A stretch of DNA of 64,000 nucleotides from positions 286,440,001-286,504,000 of the forward strand of contig OZ024741.1 in assembly GCA_964016885.1 (NCBI GenBank), written 5' to 3'. The position numbers and the translations under genes were made by a program. The notes under the pieces were generated by a model that did not search any database, was not told where the DNA came from, and saw nothing but the letters and a program-made list of their open reading frames with translations. This document shows, in pieces, positions 13,393 through 25,712 of the stretch; positions within the stretch are counted from its first letter, which is position 1; each line of letters opens with the position of its first letter. This stretch comes from Eledone cirrhosa (taxonomy: Eukaryota).

Positions 13393-14797
13393 ACCAACGT
13401 TTGGAATACTCAATTGGACGATAGACGAAATCCGAGCAGTTGATGTTAGAATTCGAAAAATACTAAACAACACCGGAATCTTCCACATCAACAGTGACAT
13501 AGACCGCCTTTACTTGAAACGTAAGCAGGGAGGCAGACGCCTAACATCAGTCCAGGCAGCATTTGAATGTCGCATCATATCTCTCCGACAACATCTACGA
13601 ACCTCGAAGCGTAGGAACCCGTCTCTCAAGCAAGTCTATCTGCATGAAACAGATAAGATCATGAGAATTGGGAAGAAACTCCTCGAGAGATATTCCCTGT
13701 GTAATAATCAAAAACTCACACCCAGGGAAGTCGCTCAGCAGTATCGCAGTGAATCCATGGATGAAAAACGGCATGCTTATCAGCAAAAAATCATGCATGG
13801 ATATGTTGCCAGGAAGCTCCAGATTGAGAGTAATATAGATAAAGAAAGTAGTCTATCTTGGACCAACAACCGCTATATTAGCTCCCACTTTCAACAGGAA
13901 ATTAACACGAGAACAGGAAGTTAACACGAAATACTTGATTCACAAACGAGATAGGGATGCAGGCAAAACACCTAGATGTGATAATAAGTGCAGACTCTGC
14001 AGAGTTAACATCGAAGATGTCACCCATGTCATCAGCAGCTGTCCAAATATATCATCGCGGTACTATCTACCTATGAGGCATGATGTAGTGGCCAAAACAC
14101 TGTACGTTGCAATCCGTAGAAAAGATAGCCCCGATAATAAACACATTAAAAGCTACAGCAATGTGGAAGACATACATGTACATAATATGAAAAAGTACTG
14201 GTGGAATGTTCCAGTAAAAACCCCAATAAAATGCAGGCATCACAGACCAGATATTATGATATGGGACAGGGAGAAGAAAGCATGCACAGTAGTGGAAATT
14301 AGCTGCCCAGCAGATGTCATATATAATATCAAAGATTAGCGAAAGGGAGAATATTTATGCAGAACTTATGAGAAATCTGCAGATACTCTACTCTGATTAC
14401 ACCTTCAGATTTATGCCTGTGATTATTGGGGCACTGGGATATGGTAGTAACTGCCTCAATACAAATCTTGAGAAGCTAGGCTTCACAGGAACAGAAAGAA
14501 CACAACTAGTTAGGAAATTACAAGTACAATCCATTAATGGAATAGTAAAAATATGTAAAACATTCCAAAAATGTTGCATCTAATAACTGCATATACACAT
14601 GTACAGATACAAAGCATATACACATGCACACATACAACTCAAAACATACACATACAATAACATCCATATCTACACATGCATGCATACATATCTACCTAGT
14701 TGATGTGTAATTTCCAATGAGAGAGTCTTGTGTCTATGTTAGAAACCGACTCTCTCTCTATTGGTAAACATTTGTGAAATTATAAAACCAGAAGAAC
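13393..14797 (+). mobile_element. 5'-truncated R4/Dong-like non-LTR element with restriction-like endonuclease
   Basis: SDIDRLYLKRKQGGRRL, CCHC CRLC...HVISSC, RHD, PDIMIWD...VEISCP, PVIIGALG; flanked on both sides by (TACA)n. Confidence 0.88.
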
Positions 14798-14833
14798 ATA
14801 CATACACATACATACATACATACATACATACAT

Positions 14834-15430
14834 GGTGGCTGCCAACTCGTTTTCGAGTACGGCCACTACTTTATATCCATGTAGGAGAACCCCTACCGAT
14901 GCGCTGAACAAGTGTGACATTTTAGTCCAGCCAGCGACATGAAAACTCTGGTACAAACACTACACTTGTGACAATTATTGACACATAGTGCTGGGCCCAT
15001 GGTACCATGTGACGGCAAGTGCAGAGAGATCTCCAGATATAAAGCAATGCCTGTGCCGTGAAGCTTTTATAGTGAGCAAAGGCACTGCACAAAGCCAGTC
15101 CCACTCTCTTAACCAAGATGATATTTACCAAAAAGAAGAACAAGTCAACATCATTGGATACCATCAGGGTTGCAGGTGTTATATCAGAGTTTTCCTTCTC
15201 CTAGAATTCTGCCTTGACAAAGGCTAAGGGGTCATCTCTCCCGGTGATTTTGGATGGCCATTGACTCTTAAGAGCTCCTTTGCCCTTTGACAGGTTTTGT
15301 TTTTAGTCCTGCAGGATGTCCAAAGTCACCCTCCTCACCAAGAAACCTTGGTGGGGTTGCCAGTTTAGTCGCCAACGACCCGACCATGGGACAGGTTGTA
15401 CTGGGATGCATGTTACCAGTAGCACCAACA
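14834..15430 (-). mobile_element. Non-autonomous RTE-derived element with (TGTA)n tail, copy 1
   Basis: rc contains CTAGGAGAAGGAAAACTCTGA (RTE 5'UTR-like motif); near-identical copy at 46834-47345. Confidence 0.65.
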
Positions 15431-15864
15431 TAGACATATATATATCCACATACACACATACACACAGACATAGATGCCTGTCTACACACATACATACACA
15501 TGTATATATATACATACATATACATATGGATGCCTACACACATACAATCAAATGATAATATTCCAATTACGGACTCAATACATGGTGTCTCGTCGTTAGT
15601 AGTGGTAGTGGTGGTTGGGTGTAGTGGTAGTGGTGGTTGGGTGTAGTGGTAGTGGTGGTGATGGTTGGCTGCAGTTGCCGATGATGGTGATGGTTGGCTG
15701 TAGTTGACGATGATGGTGATGGTTTGTAGCGGTGCTCGTGGTTTATGGTGATGTTTGTTCTAGTTGATGATGGTAGTGCTATACATACATACATACATAC
15801 ATACATACATACATACATACATACGTGCATACATGCATACATACACGTATATACATATGTATAC

Positions 15865-15896
<32 letters not shown>

Positions 15897-16215
15897 AAGT
15901 ATGCATTTGCTAGGCATAATTGTCATGGTGTCTCCATGTGAGGTAAACACCAAGCTATACTGTAATTACAAACCACTCTATATAGTCACCCGGTAATTAT
16001 TCTCTACCAATGATATTGTCATTTGTGAACTCCGTAATAACACACTATTATAGTTTTGTGGGATATCATGTGTAATTTTGCTAAAAGACGAATATTCATT
16101 ACGCAAACACACACGCGCGCGCGCGCATGCATACACATTCAAACATACTTATATACATACATACATACAAAAAGTTTGTGAAATTATAAAACCAGAAGAA
16201 CATATAAACACACAC

Positions 16216-16349
<134 letters not shown>

Positions 16350-16461
16350 TTATATATATATATAAGTCAAAAAATGTTCAGGCCCATTTTCTTTCTCTCT
16401 CTCTCTTTCTCGTCTTGAACATATAATGACGCGCGCGCGCACGCACACACACGCGCGCACG

Positions 16462-16512
<51 letters not shown>

Positions 16513-16792
16513 ACATACACGTACACGCACACACACACACACTCACATGCCGAAATATAAATAAATAGATATATTTCTTTATTTACCATAAAGGCATAAA
16601 AAGAAGGGACAAATACAAAGGGGGAGGGGGGTTACATAAAACCGAGTAAAAAGGGTATAAAATGAAAATAATCAAAAACAACCTCAAAAGGGAGGGGACG
16701 TGATGGGGGTTGCATACACCCCCGAAAAAGTGTGCAATCCTTTGCCCGGGGAGAACATGGAGAAGGTGCTCCCCTCTCCTTCACTTCTTTAC

Positions 16793-19700
16793 CTACAGGA
16801 TGGTATACAGAGAAGGCCCATTTACACGAGCCATTCTCGCCACTATCACCCACCTTTCATAAAACTGCCTGTGGCCAAGCACCTCTCTCTCCATTCTTAT
16901 CCTTCTTCCGAAGTGATATCGGAAGAAGTAGACCAGACTATGGCCAGAGAGGAAGTTGCCTGACCTCGGACCTTTCAATCGTGTCCACCAAACAACCTCT
17001 TTCAACATGGCTATTACGCACAGAAAAACCGCCTTTAATTCCTTTGTGAAGAGGGGAGGCGGTTTGATTGTCATCACGGACTCGGCGGTCAATCGAATCG
17101 GCGCCACCCGCGGCAGCAGTCGTTCGGCGTAGCCCCACAGATCAGCCACGCCCGGACAGTGCTCCAATGCGTGCGCAACGATTTCTTCGTGACGCACGCA
17201 TCTAGGGTAAATCTTTTTCGAGGGATCCCTGCCCGGGCGCCCGTGTCTGTAGAGCTTTTCTCGAACGGGTAGAGCCCCCCGGTAGCACTGCCAGGCCAGT
17301 GACTTCTGGAAGTTGTCCATTGGTCCCGGGCCGAAAGTCCTACCGAACAGGCTGGCCAGTTCGTCCTTTTCCATGTCCAGCGACTCTCCAAGGGTGTCAT
17401 CGCCCCTGCTAACCACCAGCCCTCTATACAATGACGAGGTGGATTCTCCACCGATGGCCGGATCCGCTTGCCACATAGCCCTGAGCGCCTGGGCACACTC
17501 AGTGTGCCAGTCGCCCAGTTTTCCGGATCTTTGCTTGACCCAGGACTGCAGCTCGGTGAGCGAGACGAGTCTCGGAAAGGCTCGTCTCACGAACGGAGCC
17601 CACACCGGTTGACCAGTGAGGAATACCTGTAGGTGCCGTAGCCTTAATGCGTGCCTACGCATCATCAACCACGGCATCCCCAGCCCTCCTTTCGAAGGTT
17701 GTTGGCAGCAGATGGATCTTCTCACCATAGGAGGGCGCTTCTTCCAAAGAAATTGAAAGAGCATGCGTTACATGGTGGTGAGTGTTTCCTTAGAGCAAGG
17801 CACGACAGTCAGGCGGTAGTAGGTGACGGACGCTATGTAAATGTTCGCCACCTACGCCCGACCTTTCAGGGACAGCTTACACTTGGCCCATTTCTGGGTC
17901 AGTGCAAACACCTTGTTCGTAACCTCGCCCCCAGTTCTTTTCCACCTGGAGGTCCGGTCCAAACCAGACCCCAAGCAACTTCACCGGGCCCTCCGTCCAG
18001 TGTCCGACGACACCGTCGGGAGGCATCGGTCTGCCTCTCCACGTTCCGAGTTGCAGCCCGATGGATTTTTCCCGGTTCAGTTTCACTCCTGACAACCTTT
18101 CGTATTCCTCCAGTAAGGTACCGATCGCCTCGATCTCCGAGTCGGTCGATACCATTACTGTTACGTCATCGGCGTAGGCCGACACCGCTTTGCTCAATCC
18201 TAGTTCCAGGGGGATACCCTGCAACAACTCCAACTTCCTCAGTAAAAGCTCGAGAGTCAATACGTACAGAAGGGAGGAGAGAGGGCACCCCTGTCGAATG
18301 GATCGTGTGATTTCGAACGGCTTCGAAATGTAGCCGTTCACCTTGATCCTAGAACAGATGTGGTTGCTATGTAAGGCAGTGATCCAGCCTCTGAAAACAG
18401 GATCGAACCCAGCCGCCGCTAGCACAGCATCCAGGTAACCATGGTCGACCCTATCGAACGCCTTAGACTGATCCAAGTTGATCAGGGCCCCACCGAAGCC
18501 GGGTTTATTGCCAACCCTCTCTATCGTGTATCGCATGAGGTGGAGGTTGTCATGAATGGACCTGGATGGGATAGCACATGTCTGCGCATCTCCCACCAGG
18601 CTACCCACGACAAGCGCACACCTCTTTGCTAACACCTTGGCCAAAATCTTTAACTCTGTGTTTAGCAGGGTTATGGGCCGAAAATTATTTATACTATCCC
18701 CCTAGTTCTCGTCCTTCCTCACCAGCGAGACTACGCCCTTGGCTACAGAACAAGGAATTCTCCCGTTCTGCTGCCAATTGCAGTAGACTGCTTCGAGGAG
18801 TTCGGAGAAGAAGATCGGAATTGCTAAATAAAGTTCGTAAGGTATACCATCGAGACCTGGAGATTTGCGTCTGCTGCATTGGCTCAGCGCATCCCCGATC
18901 TCATCAGCCGAGATTGGTCCCTCGCAGGACTCTGCCTCTTCGCTCGAGAGACGCGGCAGGCCGTTGAGGTATGGACCGAAATCCACGTCCTCGCCCGGAC
19001 CCTCGCCTCCCCCGAACAATCGGGCAAAGTGCCTTTGAAATGCCTCGCACATCTGCTTAGGCTCTCGGATCACCCGTCCATCCTCGTCTTCCAAAGACCG
19101 GATGGTGGATCGATTTCCACTCTTTGCTTCTGTCACGCGGGCCTAGCCAACGGCTTTGGCCCCCTCATTACCTAGAGCACGTATTTTACTTCGAATGACG
19201 CAGCCTTCGTGCTTTGCATCGAAAAACTGGCTCAAGGCCGTCCTCGATGCCAGCACTCTGGCCACATCTTCGCTCTTGATTGCCTCTTCTAATTTACCTG
19301 TTAATTCTTTCTCGTTCCTATTCCTATCGGCAGCTAACATCTTGCTATAACTTATTGATTCTGTTCTAATCTCTCTTTTGAGAGATGCCCACCATCGGTT
19401 GTTGACGATTGCACCCGTCAACCTCTCCTTAACTAATCTGCTAATCCGGTCTCTGTAAGCCTCTTTTGCCGGTAAAGACAAATTAAGTTTCCAGTAACCG
19501 GGACCCTGTCTATGTGTTCTCTCGAGGTTGACTACGCAGGTCACTAATTTGTGATCTGTATAGCCAACCGTGAGCATTTCTGGACAGCTTAATATGTCCC
19601 TATCCTTACTTCTAATCAAGAATCTATCTAAGTACGATCTAGATTGACCACTGTGGTTCGTCCAAGTCCAGGTTGGCACAGTTGGGAAATCTAGTCGATA

Positions 19701-20231
19701 TCTATCGACCAAGTAAAAACGGTCGAGTAACCCCTTGAGGCTGTTACACACCCATCTATTAGGACATGCTCCTGCATAGTCCCAACGTGCATCTAGGATG
19801 TCATTCCAGTCCTCCGCTAGAAGCAGGGAACGCGACGTTCCCAGAAAAGTCTCCAGACGCTGGAAGAAGTCGGGTCGTTCAGCTCCGAAAGGGGAGTAGA
19901 CGGCTACCAGTCTCAAGGCCGCACCTCCACTACTGCCAACGTCTAGCACCAACAAACGACCTTCCGGGTCCGAGTGAACAACCTGTACGGCAAGACCCAG
20001 GTGTTTTTCCAGCAGTACGACAACTCCACTCCCACCTCCAGGTCGACGGAGAGATGCGTGCACCTCAAAGTCATCGAAGGTAGGGGCCAGCTGCCGCACG
20101 ACGCTGATCCGAGTCTCACAGATAACCATTACATTTATACCACGTGACCTGAGGTCATTTAGAAGCTTTCCTTGCTTCCAAGTTGAGCCCAGGCCACGTG
20201 CATTCAAACATCCTACTCTTAACACATCCAT
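16793..20231 (-). pseudogene. Tx1 ORF2 (APE endonuclease + RT), disrupted
   Basis: CLNARGL, ICET, SYLDRF, TDHKLV, GYWKLN, KSPGLDG, LDQSKAFDRV, IRQGCPLS, YADDV split over several ORFs. Confidence 0.92.
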
Positions 20232-21934
20232 GTGGGCGGCAAAGCCAAAGGGGAGTGTAGAGACCTACTATCCTGCTTCTCGGGGTTCGGGTCGTACGAA
20301 TTCCATGGGGTCGGGGGTGTTGGTGGGGTTGGGGTGTTTGGAGTTGTGTTGGGGAGGGGGAGGGGAGCGGGAAAGCTTTTTAGGAGGACGCGGTTTATGG
20401 GTTTGACAGAGGGTGGTCCTACGTCCTCCTTAAAATCCTTTTTTAATTTTTGGTAGAGGTTTATTGGGATCTTTATTAATTTTAAATGTGGGTAGTTTTC
20501 TGAAGAAACAAAGTTTACCCCTTCGGTTTGTACCGAAGGGTTATTGTTTATGAGTTCATTTAATTTATTATTGTTTCTCTTGATGTAAGTATAGTGTAAT
20601 GTCTTTTTTTCGGATGGTGTGAGTGTTTCGAAGAGGGGAGAGGCAGGTTTGGTTTTGTTTGTTGCTGGAGGGGTGTTTTGTGTTTTGTTGGATTGTGTTG
20701 ACATTTGGGTAGGGGCTGTTTGGCCTTGTGTGTTTTGCACATGTTTTCTTTTTTTCCTTTTAATCTGTCTGAAGGACTCCGTTTCTTCCTCCGAATTCGT
20801 TGGGTTATCTTCAGTGTTGGAGGGAAGAGGTATGTTCGCTGGTAATGTTTCCGTGTTGGTTTTCTTTGTGGGGGAGATGGATGTCACTATGTTAGACTGT
20901 GTTGTGTGTTGTGGCTGCGGTGGTTGTGTTGTTTTATTGAGTGAGGGGTTGGGTGGGAATGTGTTTTTTGGGGGGGTAATGTGTTGTGTCTGTTTGTGCT
21001 GTGGCGGTGGTGTAGTTTTACTGAGGGACGGGTTGGGTGGGACTGAGTTTTGTTGTTTGTTTATCTGTTGTGGTGGTGGTGGAGCTGGTGTTGGTAGCAG
21101 GGTTTTCTTCTTGTTGAGTTGGGGACAAGCCGCCTTCAGGTGCCCTCTGCCTGCACAGATATGACAGGACGGCCTTCTCCCCTCCACGCTAAAGTTTATA
21201 TACCCGTGGCCCTCTAATAGGATTCTGTCGGGTATTTGGGCAATGCGTTCAGGCTTCATTTGCACTACAAGTTCTATACCTGTTCCACTGAACGCATTGC
21301 CTGTGGTTTTCCCAATGGAAATCACGTTGTCATTCGCTGGATCGATGAAGCCAGCTATGAGCCAGCAGTAGTCCATATCTGGCATCATCGCATCCAGCCA
21401 TATGCGCTGAGTTCTTTTACCCATATAAGATGGATAAAAGGTAAAATTTGTCGAACGAATCGGCGACAAAGCATATTTTTTCGCCGCTGATTTGTTCTTC
21501 ATAATAATGGCCAGGCTTCCATAGAGCCTGTCTCTTCTTATGAAAGTGGCTTCATTAAGTACTTCTCTAAGTACCGCTTTAATTTCTGCTTGTGTTGGTT
21601 GTTGTGGTTTTTTTGAGATGTTGTTGATGGTGCGGAAAACGACCGTCCGACTTTCGATATCTTTGGTGAGTTCTTGGGGCATTTTTACTGACAAGGCTCC
21701 ATTTTCCCCTTGAGTTATGAATTGTTTGGCGTTTTTTATTCTTTGTGCCACATCTGAAATATTTTCAGGTATGTATGTTAAAGATTTTTTTGTTGTTTGT
21801 GCAAATGAGATGTTATTGGTGTTGACTTTGTCGTCTGTTTTGCTTTCTGTTATGATGTTGTTGTTTTCAAATGTTATTTTTGTGTTTGTTGTTTCTTTGT
21901 TTGTGGTATTAATATTGTCATGCAATTCTTTCAT
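20219..21934 (-). CDS. Tx1-type ORF1 (zinc-knuckle nucleic-acid-binding protein), intact 571 aa
   Basis: CHICAGRGHLKAAC (CX2CX4HX4C), basic KRKKRK, Pro/Thr-rich tail; overlaps ORF2 start. Confidence 0.82.
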   Translation of the reverse strand: MKELHDNINTTNKETTNTKITFENNNIITESKTDDKVNTNNISFAQTTKKSLTYIPENISDVAQRIKNAKQFITQGENGALSVKMPQELTKDIESRTVVFRTINNISKKPQQPTQAEIKAVLREVLNEATFIRRDRLYGSLAIIMKNKSAAKKYALSPIRSTNFTFYPSYMGKRTQRIWLDAMMPDMDYCWLIAGFIDPANDNVISIGKTTGNAFSGTGIELVVQMKPERIAQIPDRILLEGHGYINFSVEGRRPSCHICAGRGHLKAACPQLNKKKTLLPTPAPPPPQQINKQQNSVPPNPSLSKTTPPPQHKQTQHITPPKNTFPPNPSLNKTTQPPQPQHTTQSNIVTSISPTKKTNTETLPANIPLPSNTEDNPTNSEEETESFRQIKRKKRKHVQNTQGQTAPTQMSTQSNKTQNTPPATNKTKPASPLFETLTPSEKKTLHYTYIKRNNNKLNELINNNPSVQTEGVNFVSSENYPHLKLIKIPINLYQKLKKDFKEDVGPPSVKPINRVLLKSFPAPLPLPNTTPNTPTPPTPPTPWNSYDPNPEKQDSRSLHSPLALPPTWMC

Positions 21935-22354
21935 ATTTTTTTTGTCGTTGGAATCAATCTCCAGATTTGTGTTTTCGTCGACATTTTTCTCCGCACATTC
22001 GTCTGTTTTTATTTTATTTTTTGTTTCCTTCTCTATGACGTTAGTTGGGAAGGAAGGGGGGACTAAAGCGTGCGAGCTTACAACGCTGTCCCCCCACCAC
22101 TATTTTCGTTAGCTTCGTTTAACATTTCTCCCAGACGATTGAAATTTTATGCAACAAAATTTTTAAAAACAGGTTTTTCACCCCTGGGAGGGGCGAAAAT
22201 GAGCTGACCCACCGCCTGACAGTTCAGACGGGGGGTCAAGCTACACAATAGTATCAAAATTAAAATTAAACTTACAAAATTTCCGCAATAAATTGGAACA
22301 AAACTTCTGCGTGAAGTGAATTACGTCTACGCTATCGAACAGACGACATCTAGC

Positions 22355-22440
<86 letters not shown>
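22355..22440. repeat. (GATA)n microsatellite between Tx1 copies 1 and 2
   Basis: Direct sequence. Confidence 0.97.
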
Positions 22441-22441
<1 letters not shown>

Positions 22442-23688
22442 CTTTCTTTTTATTTGCCACCGGGGCATCAAAATGTGGGACAAGTACAATGGGGTGAGTT
22501 TACATAAAAAGGCGTCCTCAATAAGGAGGAGGCAATAACAAGATATAAAAATAAAATAAAATATAACAAAAATAAATTTAATAACAAAATCCTCAATAGG
22601 GAAGAGGCGCCTTGGGGGGTCGCACACACCCCCGAAAAAAGTGTGCAACCCTTCTCCTCAGGAGCACAGAGAGGGGGTGCTCCCTTGATCTTTCATCTTC
22701 CTCACCTATAGTTTGATGTAGAGTGAAGGCCCATTCACACGGGCCATTCTCACCACTTTCACCCATCTTTCATAAAAACGGCTGGGGTGCAGCACCTCTC
22801 TCTCCATCCTGATCCTTCTTCCGAAATGATATCGGAAGAAACGGACCATTTGTTGGCCAGAGAGAAAGGTGTCTGACTTCAGTCCTTTCAGACGCGTGTA
22901 CAATACAACCTCTTTCGCCATGGCTATTACGCACAGAAACACCGCCTATCCTTCGTTGTTGAAGAGAGGAGGCGGCTTGATCATTACAATAGACTCGGTG
23001 GTCAACCGGATCGGTCCCATCCTTGACAGCAGTTGTTCGACATAGCCCCACAGATCGGCAATGCCCGAGCAGTGTACCAATGCGTGTGCAACGGTTTCCT
23101 CGTCGCACACGCATCTGGGACAGATCTTTTTCGAGGGGTCTCTACCCGGGCGCCCGTGTCTGTAGGGCCTTTCTCGAACGGGCAGAGCCCCTCGGTAGCA
23201 CTGTCAGGCCAGGGACCTCTGGAAGTTGTCTATGGGTCCCGGGCTGAATGTCCTACCGAACAGGTTGGCCAGTTCGGCTTCCTCCATGCCTAGGGCTTCT
23301 CCGAGGGCGTCGACCCACATGCTAACCACCAGCCCTCTATAGAATGACGAGGTGGATTCTCTACTGACAGCCGGGTCCGCCTGCCAGAGAGCCGTGAGCG
23401 CCTGGGCACACTCGGTGTGCCAGGCGCCCAGTTTTCTCGGTCTTTGCTTGACCCAGGATTGCAGCTGGTAAGCGAGACGAGTCTGGGAAAGGCTCGCCTC
23501 ACAAACGGGGCCCACACCGCTTGACCGGTGAGGAATACCTGGAGGTGCCGTAGCCTTAGTGCGTGTTTACGTATCATTAGCCACGGCATCCCCAGCCCTC
23601 CTTTCGAAGGGTGTTGATAGCAGATGGATCTCCTCACAATAGGAGCCCGCTTCTTCCAAAGGAATTGGAAGAGTGCGCGCTCCATTTT
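22441..23688 (-). mobile_element. 5'-truncated Tx1 LINE, copy 2
   Basis: LFQFLWKKRAPIVRRS...GGLGMPWL homologous to copies 1 and 3; GATA repeats on both sides. Confidence 0.92.
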
Positions 23689-23854
23689 GGATAGATAGAT
23701 AATACATAGATAGTTAGATAGACGTAGCTGATGATTATGGCTTATGTATATAATTGAACACAATCATATATGCATCCTTCTTTGTAAGTATGTTTGGATG
23801 TATATATATATGTATGTCTGTATGTATGTATATATGTATATATTATGTATGTAT

Positions 23855-23937
<83 letters not shown>

Positions 23938-23987
23938 GGTATGTATGCATGTATGTATGTATGTATAAAAAGAAACATTCATTAATA

Positions 23988-25681
23988 CAGGGCCGTATCT
24001 ATAATATAGGCAAACTAGGCAGCCGCCTAGGGTGCTAACACCCTCTCTATATCAATTAATACCAAACTCTCCCCCTTTCTATATCTACCATACAACATTC
24101 TATCCCAACCCCCTCTCTATATCAGTCATCACTACACTCTCCCCCTCTCTATATCTACCATACAATACTCTCGTTCCCTTTCACTCTATCCATCACTACC
24201 AATCACTCCTCTCTCTATATCTATCAATACGTATCTCTATCAATCCTCTAACTCTATTCATTACCACCAAAATCTCCTCCTTTCTACATCAACCATACAA
24301 CACTCTCTCCCAATTTCCCCTGTATATCAATTTACACCAAACTCACCCCCTCTCTGTATCTACTACATGGAACCCTTTTCTAATCCCCCTCTCTATATCA
24401 ATTAGCACCAAACTCTCCCCCTCTCTATATCAATTACCACTTGATATAGACGTGAATTACTTCGCTCCGGACTTTTGCGGATTATTGTCAAAAAAACTGT
24501 CAGTTCATTGCTCAATTTAATAGCATTGTTTAGTTTAACCTCTTGCCTGGGCCTTCAAACGTTGAGTCAACTAATTTTCGCCCCTTTCTGGGGCGAAACA
24601 TTCATTTTCATCTCAAAACTGTGTAGACTTGGTAGTCGGCAATGGATGCCATTTCCACCTCGCACACTGTCGTGAGTGCCACGCCCACTAAGAAAAGTGG
24701 TGGAGGGAAGGTAGGAGTACAAAGCTTGCAGCCTTCCCCCCTCGCATTATCGAAAAACGTTGAAAATATTGAAACCACGAAACCAAATCCGGTAAATAAT
24801 ACCAGCACCAACAACAAGAACAATGACAATAACACCACAACCAACAACTGCAACAATAGCAACACCAAGGAAAACATGAACAATATTACCAACAGTGACA
24901 ACAAAAGCAGCGACAAAAAAGACAACAACACCAAAACAACATTCGCACAGACTGTAAAAAAAAAACGAACTATACACGCCAATAGACATAACAAATGCTA
25001 AACTACTAATACAAGACGCAAAACAATTCGTGACTTTTGGCGAAAACGGTGCTTTTCGCATCAATTCTCCACAGGAATTACGTAGAGAGGCTGTGGTTTT
25101 CAGGACAATATCGAACGAAACAAGAAAACCAGCTCAATTATCACAAAATGAAATTGAGCTGGTTCTAAAAGATGCAATGAAGGACATAACCTTCATACAA
25201 AAAGGTAAACTGTTTGGTAGCATTTCGGTGCTAATGAACAACCAGTCAACAGCACGAAAGTACTCGGTATCACCCATTGTGTCCCCCCGCTTCACCTTTT
25301 TCCCCACATACAGGGGAAAAAGGACACAAAGAATAAAAATAATGAGTATCACACCAAAGGTAAATATTTGGTGGATACTATGTGGAATCATTGACTTTGA
25401 TGAAGACAAGATAATTTCAATAGCAAAGTCCTCCGGAGGTGTATTTGGTGGGACCAGCGTAGAAGTTCTGGTGCAAATAAGCCCAGAACGAATAGCGAAT
25501 ATCCCACAACGCGTGCCTCTGGACGGGCTAACTTATATAAACATTTCAGTGGAGGGAAGGCGGCCGTCATGTTACCACTGCTTAAGCAGGGGTCACCTGA
25601 GGGCTGCCTGTCCTCAATTAACGAGTAAAAAAAGGCTCTTCTGCCAACCCCGAACACAACAACACAACCACCACCACCACC

Positions 25682-25712
<31 letters not shown>

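Larger units (their letters stand above)
16560..22350 (-). mobile_element. Near full-length Tx1/L1-clade LINE, copy 1
   Basis: ORF1 with CCHC knuckle, ORF2 APE + RT + C-terminal domain, AATAAA-like 3' end followed by TATCTA. Confidence 0.93.
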
